Of a DNA stretch of 64,000 bases, positions 13,401-25,022 are shown in pieces. The stretch comes from Auanema rhodensis (taxonomy: Eukaryota; Animalia; Nematoda): contig OZ059896.1 in the NCBI GenBank assembly GCA_964057225.1, forward strand, positions 9,858,001 to 9,922,000. Direction: 5' to 3'. Below the pieces are notes generated by a model. The model had not been told where the DNA came from. It did not search any database and was given only the letters and a program-made list of their open reading frames with translations. Position 1 is the stretch's first letter. The number at the start of each line of letters is the position of its first letter. Both the position numbers and the translations under genes were made by a program.

Positions 13401-15288
13401 TTCGAAGATTTTAACGTATATACATTCAGCACAATTTGTACACTAAATGTAAAAAGAAACTGGTTTTGCAACTGATCGATTCTTCAAAATGGCAAGTGTC
13501 AGATTCAGAATAAAAACGTCGATTTCTTTTCATATGGAAATAGAAAGAATTTAAATTATGTATTACCGATATCCTGAAGACATCACGATTATAGCCAAAA
13601 ACGTCACAGAAAAACTGCAGGTTAATTGAGTGTTGTCTTTTCTAAATGTACATACATATGTCTTATATTCCCTAGTATATTAAATATTTCGATATAATAG
13701 GTACAATATGAAATATTAAATCAAAAATTGTGTAACTAGATGTTGAATGTAAGCATTTAAATTTGGGTATCAAATAGCTTTTCTAAATAAAGTATATACA
13801 ATCGTGATATAAACATAAAGATTCTTGAAATGATTTTTTTTCTCTTCGAAATTAAAATTAAATTTGAAAAAGTAGTTTAATGACAAAATACCTAGAGCTA
13901 ATTCAAATTTCAAAATGAAATTTTTCTCGTAAATAAAATGTAAAACTCGCTCTCTGCATCTGGATTTCTCCATGTCAAATTCCTTATTTTTTCTCTCAAT
14001 CCTATATTTAACTGTTAATTATGATAAACATCAGAATCAGGTTAATAAAGCAATATTAGAAGTTTAGATTCGTAACTTACCTTAACATTTTTTGCCTAAA
14101 AAACAAATAAGGAGCTTAGAACTTACATAATAAGCTGATCTATGAAACGGAGATGAGAAGAGCTGTTTGTATTTTTTTCTTAAAAATTTTAATTTTAAGA
14201 TGAAATCAGCTGTTGCTTATTTTAACAAATTAGAAAAAATGAACTTTTCAACGAATTTGATTTATCTATCTCTTAACGTAGTTGGAAAATAAAGCAATTT
14301 CTTTGAAGGATATTTGAGAAATTTGATATTCTTCAACATTCTTGAGCACAAGTGATTGGTGAAAACTTAGGAAAAACATTGTAGAAATGACAAGAAGTGG
14401 AAAATTATGTGATCATCCTGCTGTTGATACAATTTTTCTTAAGCTGAAAAAAGGAAGAACGAAAAAATTAGATAGGAGAGAAATGTAAGAGAAAGCCACG
14501 AGGGGTTTCCCAATTTTCTTAATTTTCTAAAATTCTCTAATAATATTACACCAACTTCAATAGAAAGCGATGTTTCAGTAAGCCTATAGAAATCGAAGAA
14601 TACTTAGAAAATAAACCGCTGACATGATTCATAAGGATTACAAATCCTCTTATGGTTAATCCAAAATCAGATACTATTAAGGCTTATATGTTCAAAAAGA
14701 TCGTTTCTAGTTTCTTGACAGACTGAGCCCATATATACAAACCTAAATATTATATTAGATGGAATACAGAAAAAATTGAAAAGCCTTAACTAGTAGCTTG
14801 TACTATTTGACAAATGTTACTCAGACACAAACATATATAGCTGAAAACATTCCTTGAGCTTATTTGTGAAGACCATTGTATTTCAAATATGTCTAGTAAT
14901 TGGGAACCGTTAAACTATGGGATTAGTTTCATGTACTTAATTAGATCTACTCTCTAATTTCCAACTTTTCCCTCAGGAAACCATATTTTGAAACATCTGG
15001 AGTCATCTTACATTATAGATTATAGAATTCTTCTAACATGTTTAACTTTAAGACATCAACATTAGTACTAAATATCTATTATTCAAGTTAAATTCGTTCA
15101 ACAAAATAAAAAGTATATAAATCTTTATTCCCAAGAAAGTATTACACGTGTCCAAGCTGATAAATTGACATAGAATTATATGACGAGAGCTGAAAGCTTT
15201 GGTGAAAAGTTAATATTAAAAATATTAGTATTACATTCGTTAATACATAAATATGACCAGATTTGATTTAAATATCGGCTTAATATTT

Positions 15289-15362
15289 TCATAATTCATC
15301 CTTTTCTTCATCATCACTAATAGTATCTTCATTTTCAGTTTCCGTTAAATTTTCTGTTTTAA
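15289..15362 (-). CDS. crld-1: crld-1 alternative last exon B (ER-luminal KDEL isoform)
   Basis: ATTTCAG acceptor, phase 1. Encodes acidic VKTENLTETENEDTISDDEEKDEL*. AATAAA at 15129-15124. Confidence 0.9.
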
Positions 15363-17150
15363 CTGAAATCGACATACAATTAACGATAATATTTAGCTCC
15401 TAACAGAAGTTTTATTTCAATAACAATACTCGTAGAAAACAATGAGAACCCCAGATATCTTATCTCTTGAACCAAGGGGAGAAGATATGAGCAAAATGAC
15501 AATTTGAAAATCTAGCTAAGTCGGTGATATCCTAAAGTCCCAAAATTTTGCTAGCTTCGTCAGGTATAGTCTTGGGATTAACAGTAACTTCGATTATAAG
15601 AACGAGGATCACAGCTATAGCAGTTAAAACCATAAGTAAAATTGATTTTCGCCAAATAACTAAAGTGATGATTGCTGCTAACGCTGTCATGGATATAATG
15701 CGCAGGAGAAGGTCTGGACGTATAAAAGCTGTAGCCGGAGAAGCTGTAAGATAATTATATTCGCAATCAAAAAATACACAGAGAAGCCACGCCACTACAC
15801 ACAAGCACTACAGAACGACAAGCATGCAACTTTGAACAAATCAAAAAAAAACTAACCTTCAATGTCTAATTCACAAATATTCGATGCAACGTTACGTTTG
15901 TAACCTTCTTGGCATTCACAAGTGAATGAGCCGATATTGTTTATGCATATCTGATTTGCTCCAGTACATGGTGAAACTTCAACCTCACATTCGTTGACAT
16001 ATGAAATTAAATGCAATTAAAACTTTGAAAACAATGGAAATTAAAATTATAAAATAAATAAATAAGAGGTGATGAGATGAGAGTTTGAATTGGATGCACA
16101 AAACAACAAAAAATAAAGAAACAATAAAGAGAGCTATATATATAAATGAGCCTACCTAAACAACCTTGCTCAGTATTTTGAACATAGCCAGAACGACAGC
16201 GGTTACAATCCTTTGCTGCTGGTCCAGAACATCCACCAGAACATCCGTCAAAGCATTCGGAAATTGAAAAAAATTAGAATAATAAAATAAATAATAAATA
16301 CTTGAGCATTTTATTAAGGTATCTGTTTTCAGCTCCTCATAATAGTCAGCATCACAATGCCTACACATATGTCCAACATAGCCAGCATTGCATTTACACT
16401 TTCCCGTGCCCTTTCGACTTCCATCACCCTGTAAAATAATGTAATGCAATTATTATAAAAATTGAATCTTACATGGCATTTTCCTTGACCAAAGCAAGCT
16501 GCTGCACCTGCTTCTACCCCCGGGCATTTTAAGCATTCCGCTCCAAAATGACCATCCGGACAACATACTTTAAATATAATTATATCAAGAAAAAATAATA
16601 AATATAGAAATACATTTCAACTGTTCAACACAAAGCCAACCAGACATATTCAGTTCTTGATGTTTATTGTAATAATCCTCTACGGTTTCCTCATGGTCTT
16701 CAAGGAGAGCAGAACACTGAACGAACAAACTTTAAATTAAGCAATAACTTGCATGAAAACCTTAAACTCCAAGTCTGATAGTCCGTTATACTTATCCACA
16801 TTATCAAGACTTTTTTTCTTACATATGCCTTCCATGATTTCTACGAATCTAGTTTCACTATAAGTTGCAAGTTAAAAATATAAAGTAAAACTAAAAATAC
16901 CTAGTGGCATATTTTCCTAAATTTTTTTCCTCCCAAGCAGTATCACCACCGGAAAAATGCTGACGCTTTGTTTTTTTCAAGCCCTGAAAATTCTTTTCTC
17001 TTAACGAACGCGACTAAGAAAACTCACTGCTTGAAAGGTATCTACAAGAAATTCACAATGACGGCATTTATCATTTTTTATATCAATCTCAGCTGAATAT
17101 ACACATGTTAGTACTATAACATATATTAATGCTATTGTACTGTAACCCAT
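15289..17150 (-). CDS. crld-1: CRELD-family protein (cysteine-rich with EGF-like domains; ER disulfide-isomerase-like), multi-exon; span runs to the KDEL-isoform stop
   Basis: Spliced translation: signal peptide MGYSTIALIYVIVLTCVYSA, CXXC (CRHC), CRELD N-terminal domain (GLKKTKRQHFSGGDTAWEEKNLGKYATSETRFVEIMEGIC...WLCVEQLKLCCPDGHFG), EGF (CFGQGKCHGDGSRKGTGKCKCNAGYVG), furin-like repeat (CFDGCSGGCSGPAAKDCNRC), Ca-binding EGF (DVNEC...CINNIGSFTCECQEGY). A TTTCAG acceptor lies 9 nt before the ATG. Confidence 0.95.
15532..15743 (-). CDS. crld-1: crld-1 alternative last exon A (transmembrane isoform)
   Basis: TCTTACAG acceptor, phase 1, in frame with GAA G|gttag at 15857. Encodes ASPATAFIRPDLLLRIISMTALAAIITLVIWRKSILLMVLTAIAVILVLIIEVTVNPKTIPDEASKILGL* (two hydrophobic helices). 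AATAAA at 15416-15411. Confidence 0.88.
15798..15828 (-). promoter_or_regulatory. Putative intronic splicing-regulatory element (UGCAUG + GUGUG) upstream of the crld-1 TM exon
   Basis: Minus strand reads TGCATG (15828-15823) then GTGTG (15802-15798) in a UG-rich intron that is GC-richer than neighbouring introns. Confidence 0.5.
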
Positions 17151-20100
17151 CTAATTTACCTGAAATAAATAAAAATGGTGAATAAACTACAATTCACGAC
17201 CGAACTATTGATCCTTAGCTTAACCAAATAACCCCCACCCACTTCTACAGCAAAGAGGGCACAACTGTGGTGCGCATTAGTTTATGGCGCCAATTCAAAA
17301 GCCCATTTCTTGTATACTGTTTGCTCTTCGTATATTAATATATAATATTATTCTTTCAATTTGTTCTACTTTATGAATATAATAAAGTTCAATTTACTGA
17401 AAAGTGATTATATAACAACATAAGTTTCTTTAAGAATCATTCACTTATAATTGAAATGTAATAATATAATTTTGAAAATTAATCGAATTATTATAGTCTG
17501 CATTATTAATTAGATAAAAATGTATGTTGTATATGCTTTATTTTATTGTTTTTTTTTGTTTTTCATATAATGTATAATCACTTTGTTACTATCAATTGAT
17601 TTGTACTATTTTTATTTATATGCTGTATTTCTTTATTGTGTTTTTTTCAAATTGTATTAGCTCTTTCTAGCATACACTAACTAACATTTATTATCTTTGA
17701 TATTTTTATATTTATCCATTATAGTCTATGATCAGCTATCATATTAAGCATCTTTACTCTTTTTTTATAACTTCACTACTTTTCACCTCTCTTTGTTCAT
17801 ATTACACAGTCCTTGTCGATGCCCTGACCCGGAATCGGTTTATCCGTTCTATATCGCTCTTTTTTACTTATTTCTTTTTGACGTGTTTCCTTTTCTCTCT
17901 TCTCCCCGAATAATCACGTTCGCAGTGATTTGTGCAATTTTTCATCCTAATAACACATTTTGCTTTTTTTGTGTTAATCGTAATCCGTTATTTATAGAAA
18001 AAAATCAAAATTTTTAAAATATCTTTTGCCGAAATTTGATCACTTGTACACAGAATCATAAATTCATCTTTGCTCTCTTACTGAACATCTCGAAGTGTAC
18101 TACCTGTACACCATTATTTTCAAACTTTTTTTGAGAATTATTTCTAACTAAAGCTTTCATTATCGTCAATTTTGTGATATTCTATAGATAATATATTTAT
18201 TAAGATACATTATATATGCTGCTAAAATTGTTTTAAGTTAATAAGCTAGAAAAACGTCGAAAGCTTTTATAGATTAAGCCTCTTTAATCTCCTCTCTAGA
18301 TTAAACAAGTAATGAATAATAATAGTTTAGGATAAAAGCCATCTGTTCGATTAATATATGGTTGCCTGTCCTTCAATCTCCCGTCAGTACAAATATGGAC
18401 AGGTTAATTTTCTGTCTACCCTCTATTCATTCATATATGCTATATCTGTCAATCTCTCAACCTTTCTTTTGCTCTCTGTGTATATTTCCTTGATATCTCA
18501 GCTTCTCTCATTTTCCCACTTGGAGCAGCATTGAGCAAGAGGAACAAATTCGGGTCCTATCGTAATTGCTTATACATATATGTATATCTAACAACAAAGC
18601 TGTGCGAGAAGGAGAGAGAGAGAACTATTGTAGTAAATCATTTATTTCCTCTCCTTTAGTAGTTAGTTCATTTTTATAAATGTAACAAATTGAATAATGA
18701 TATGTTTGAATGATTAACGAAATTATATCATATAAGATATCTTAAATTTGTTTGTATACATCTACACATTTATGTATATTAAATACTTTTTGACCTTCCT
18801 TTCTTGATTCCACTGTTTCTTATCAACATATCTATCACATTGATATATCAATTCAACGACTCTTTACTATATTCACATATAGGTATATGTTTTATGTGTT
18901 ATTACTCAAACTCATGATCTATCTGTACATAAATACTTATATACATATAGTTAGAGATATGAGAATATTCCTCTTACTGTACCAATTATTCTATATCGAA
19001 AACTATAAAATCATCATTTCAGAAGTAGTATAGATAACTACACTCTAGCAATTTTTAATTTATATTATTCCAGTCCATAAAAAAACAATATAATATTATC
19101 TAATGATGATTACATATTTAGTATTTAATGTTTATTCATATATATCCTTTATTTCTTTTCTTTTTCTAACTGTTCAATCATTTGTAAATATAAAAACTCA
19201 ATAGTTTTTTAATAATTTTACAAAGCAAGCTGCAAAAATGTTTTACTAGGCTTTCAAACATGCGCGACACATTCCTCATAAAGATTTCCTGTTTCCGGTA
19301 GAGTTCCCAATGAAGTGCACATTCCGCATTCAGCTAATCCTACCATCACCTGAATTTCATGCTGATTTTAATAAAATGTTACATCTTTTTTCTTGTATTG
19401 ATACATTATTTTACATTTTATCATAAAGTTGTAGATATTTTAATTTCATATTCATATTTTCTAATTTAATTCAAGGATTGATCTCTACATGTAATATTTA
19501 AAATAATTCTTCAATAGTATATCATCAGCTGGTATACATATACACATATGTATTTATGGACATATTCAGTTAGTAAACCAATAGTTAATGATTTCTGGAA
19601 CGTTTCACTTTTTTCAAATATTCATCTCCTTTTTCAGTTTGCAGGAAAGGCTAAATAAATTTACCAACTTTTCTATGTTTATATATGGGAGGAGGGGGCT
19701 ACTTTTAACCTTCATCTCGTTTCCATTCTCATTCATTTTCAATGTTATAAAGATCTTAAATTCAACTTTTCAATTTAACTATCATATATCCTACTTTTGC
19801 GATATCAATAAGAAAGAATTTCTTCCGGATATAATCGTAAGCCTTTAAGAAACTTTATAATACAAGGTTAACAGGGTGTATCTTCTCAGATTTTACTTCA
19901 ATTTATGACACTAATATCATTCGGTTTCGTTTTCTTTATATATCAACATGTATATGGCCTTGGGTTTCTTAGAACTAATGTTTCTAAAAGTTCAAAATTG
20001 TTCTTATTGTTTTGACTTTCATTCAAAATCTTTTTCTTTATTTCTCAACTTATTATTCAACTTTACAAAGCTGGTGTTTTGAGCATAACATATGAAAAAC

Positions 20101-20580
20101 TTATTTATTGATATCACTTAATCCTTGACATTTTGGTTTTTATAAAGAATAGGCATGTTTTAATTAACATTAGGTATGTTATATACACCAAAAAAAAAAG
20201 AAAAATCTCTCGTATATATATATACATATATACAATTATATATACAAGTATATATTATATACTACACACGCACACACATATATATAGTATATATAGTATA
20301 TATATATTATTTAGTATATTACATATAGTCAATATCATGATCCAGATAATCGATTCGGTAACCAGCTTATTGTGCATACATCGGCTGGCTAGAGGAAAAC
20401 AGAGTGAGAGAGAGAGAGATAGATAGAGAGAGAGAGATTTCGGTCCCAACAAGAGACTTGTGTACCAGAACGGTGGCGAATTGACTAAGCCCGTACAAAT
20501 ATGTACACGCCCGTATATGGAAGACCATATGGATGCCTTTTTCTATTTCCAACCTTTCTACCTCATCCAGTCTCTCTCTT

Positions 20581-20584
<4 letters not shown>

Positions 20585-20643
<59 letters not shown>
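20585..20643. repeat. (TC)n microsatellite
   Basis: Uninterrupted TC run of about 29 units. Confidence 0.95.
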
Positions 20644-20649
<6 letters not shown>

Positions 20650-23600
20650 TTTCCTCTCTCTTGTCCTCTTCCATTCCTTCATCTAACGGCCCTTCTCTCT
20701 CATTTATTTTAATATTTCTCTTTCAGCTGCTTTCTCAATAACTACGAACATTCTTTCATTCTCATTCATTCGACTATTTATGTAAACATTCTCTGTCACT
20801 CTATACCTATACTATGTTTGAATCGTCTTCCTTATTACAGCTTTTCTTTCTTCAATTATGACATATTCTAAAATAGTATTAGAACTTCATATGATCTATT
20901 AAAACAAGCGTAAAAGTATATATATATATATATATCTATATATGCTATAAACTAATAAAGAAATATTCTGATGATAAGCGAACGGAAATACGCTTTCTAT
21001 TTATACATATACATATTCCTATCAGATTCCTTAGTAACAAATTGAAAAAAAATATTATGCAAGTTATCGATTTTGTAAATGCTTTTACTATCTCTATTAC
21101 GCTTATATTCTCTTATTAAAATCTTCTTATCATTAGCCATATCATATCATTTATCTTTCAAGCACAAAGCTTCATTTTTTCGTTGTCTTAAACTTTTATT
21201 TTTGATAATATTTGAATGAATATTCTTAACTATATATTTATATATTATAATATATACACGTTTTCAAACATTAACCTTATTGAACCTCTTTATATTTCCT
21301 TATTTTAGATATTCAAAGAACAATATATTAGTTAGACATTAATTTCCCCCAGGACCATTCCATTTATTGCTTTGCTATGCAACCTCCAAGCCAGTTTCTT
21401 TTCGAATATTCCTGGAACTCTATTTTTTGTAGTCGACCCCATCTCATCCACTTTCAGCTTCCATTTAGTTGAACAATTTTATTTTTATTTTTTGATAGTT
21501 TTCTTGTTCTGAACTTCGTTTAATATCAATTTATAATAATATTTTATAATATCATTCTTCTCATTTGGTTATACTATTCCTTTTTCTTCGAAACGTTTAA
21601 TGTTTTTTCAACTTTTTTATTGAATTTAATAGTATTCAGTTAGAATATTCTCTAGAACTAAACTTCAATTTTAATTTTATTAGTTCTTTAAACTTTTCTT
21701 TTTAATTTTTTTTTATAAATCAGAAATGGTAGTCGGTTTATTTGATTTGGAACACAAATATAAATATTGGATGAATAAGATGAAAATTCAAATGATCAGA
21801 CAAATTTTGTTACTATCAAAAGGCAGCACAAGACCGGTTTGATGTATACATGAGCCTTCTAGAACTATACTAGCTCTATGATTTTGAATAATCAAATAAG
21901 AGAAATATTACTAGTAACAACTGATGTATAGTTTTACTCTTCCCCCCCCTCTCTCTCTCTCTCTCTCTTAGTCTCTCTCTCTCCTTTTGGGTCCCCTTTT
22001 CAACTCTTTGATTCCGCCCCTTTCTCGTCCACTTCAACTTTCTTCTTTTAAACTCCTTGGTTTTTCTTCTGCTTTCTCTTATAGTTATCTCTGTTTTTCT
22101 GTACTATTTCTTTGTCCATCATTGCTATCTACATATACAGTGTAATTTGCAGGATCAGCTTACTATGTTCTAAGTTTATAAAATATTTCGTTTAATTGAA
22201 GATGTATGCATCAAAAAACGCTTCTTTAGAAAATTATGGTGATATTTGAATATAAATACTCTGATTTCTTTTTTCATTAAATCTCCAAATATATCAGTAG
22301 TGTATCACATAAACAACAAATATTTATTTATTCCTTTTTCTCTCCTATTTTCGTATATGTTCCGATAAAAACAGTATCTATTCGGTCAGTTTTCTATTAT
22401 ATCTTCCTTTTTTAAAAAATTATAATCTTGTATCTAATCATCTTTCTCTCTTTCATACTTCAATACATTCATTCATTCATTCATTCATCATGTCACACCT
22501 ACAACATTCAAAGATAACTTTACAATTTCTATTTACGCCAGTTGATTCAATGTGATGTACGTAACTATTAGGCTGCTACATATATACATATAAATGTATA
22601 GATCTTTTTTTATATTTTTAATTCTATTATAGTGTAATTTAATTTTTTTTTATAAAAAAAATAAAATTCATTATTCATTTTTATCCCTAAAACATCAGTT
22701 TACCAACATGAATATACACGCAGATAAGAAATTAGAAGTTGTAGTGACGATGACCTTCAGTTCTTCTGATGGCTTTCCTACTTTTCTATTGAACACAATT
22801 TTTCTAGTATTTCGCATCGTATAGCCATACATTTCCTTATTTTTCTTTCAAAATAGTTTTTTTTTTCTGTAAATTCTACATTTATTTTTAGTAACATATC
22901 ATTTGTATTAGTTTTTGATTATGCTATCCAAAATATATTTAATATTAACTTATTTACCATTCACAAGAATATTCATCTATTTTTGATTTTTTTCCAAGAT
23001 ATTCAACAAGTTTCTATTTCGTATATTAATTTTGTAAATGAAATTATGTAGTTCATCTGGTTATTCTTCGTCATTTTTTTTATCTAAGCATGATCAAATG
23101 GAACTTATTATTACAACTTTCTCGGATCTTAAGTTGTTTTCATTTTTTGAAGAACTAATTATAGACAGTATACACATTCTTTTACCTCTATTTACTAACC
23201 CCAATTGACTTTTCGTTAGTTTTTAAACATCTTATCGGCTCTTCTTAAAGTTCTTTGGGTTCAACAACTGAATTATGTCATTTACTTCATTCTTACTATT
23301 TATATATTTTTTATTGACATAAATTCAACTAAAGCTTTTTGACTAAAAAAAGTTCATTTGAGTGTGTGCATTATGATGACGGCAGTTCGTCGATCACTAA
23401 TGACTGACTCACAGTCATTCAATCGATTCTTTTCAAAAACATCATTGGAAATGTTCATTTCATCTAATTTTGTATTGTGCTAATGATTACTAATCATAAA
23501 TTAACTATTAAAAATTATTTATTTCCTTGTTTATACTAGGTTTCACAGATACTATTGTGGAAGATTTTAGTTTAGTTAAATATTTAAGTTAAGGATTTTT

Positions 23601-25022
23601 TCATTTTTCGTTTCATGCATGAAGAGAGTGGTTGTTTCTTTTCGAAATTGTTCTTAATCTCCGTTTGTTTCTTCTCATACGTCTTTCGAGAATGAAAAAA
23701 ATTGTGTGAGGGGCAATATTCTCACAGCATATGCTGCAAACTTTACTGGTCTAGTTCATTTGGCACTAACGCCTAATCATTAGTTCAGCTTTCTCGTCTC
23801 TACATAGCATCAGCCAGCAATTAACACCAGTATGAGACAATTAAATTGCATCCAATTCTTTTGAAATTCGTTTATTCTTACACACTATCGACATCCCAAT
23901 GTGTCATCGCACAGCTGCAAAAGACAATCTAGAAACAGAAGCGAATCTTCTTATAAATTAACGAGCACTCTGCTTTTCTATGCACCGCTATTCGCAGTGC
24001 GCTAGAGAGTTGCTGTTGTTCAGTTTGGTCAATTTGTTTCAGTTAGCTTGCTCTTCTTTAACCATCGCGAAAATACTGTTGCTGATTCCCGTTCTCCTCT
24101 TCTTCCGCTCTCTTTTCATTCATCTCTCTCCCATCCACCCACTTTCTATCATCGTGATTTGTGCTTCTGTTGTATTTCTGTCTGACCCATGCTCGATTCT
24201 TTACTGACGACGCCATTTGAGTGATTTCCACTCGTCCTTCTCCTGTCCTTCGCTTTTCGATCTGACAAATGATGAAAAGGAGGCGCTAAGTTTTTCTGTG
24301 TTTCAAGGATAGTTCAGCTCCTTTGTAAGATATACTATGTGTTCTTTCAGAAACCATTTGATTGAACTATTACCCTTTTCACAGAATTATTGACTCAATA
24401 AAACTTTTTCTATTTAAATTATTCTCTAGCAAATTCCTAATCAAACTCAAATCATTTAAAGAATTCTGTCAAATGTTTAGAATCTATTTTAGTATATACT
24501 ACTAAGTTGATATTACCAACTTGATTTTATAATGTTTTTCCATCACGATGTTTGCCAAATTTTACGATTGGTATCGATAAATGAATCTTGATTCATGGAA
24601 TCTTCAATCCGTGAATTATTAAGTTTTTCGAAGACGAAAAGCAGACTTTAAAAGCACAAATCCGGTTGCCCGTAGTTACCAAAATTTCTGTTATTATTTC
24701 CTGGTTCTAAATTTATTTTGATAATTTTTCTAAAAATAAAAAGTACTAACCTCTCTCAACTTCTTTATTATATTTATTATTATTTTTTTTCTTATTTAGT
24801 TGAACAAAAACATCTTAGTACTGACTAATACCATGTAAAAGTATAAAAGGTGAATCAAATATTATAGTACATCCGACGGGCATTCGTTATTCGCACTATT
24901 GTTGACATTGTGAATTGTCGTTTTTTTCCTTCATTTTCTATAGAATTTTCAAAATTTAAAGAATATTATATAGTTTTGGAAATTTTAGGTAAGCCAAAAT
25001 ATAAACGTCAATATCGCCAAAG

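Noticed and set aside
20460-20741. LSLSLS ORFs (also at 7787-8342, 12130-12431, 54174-54433)
   Set aside because: These are translations of TC/GA microsatellites and low-complexity tracts.
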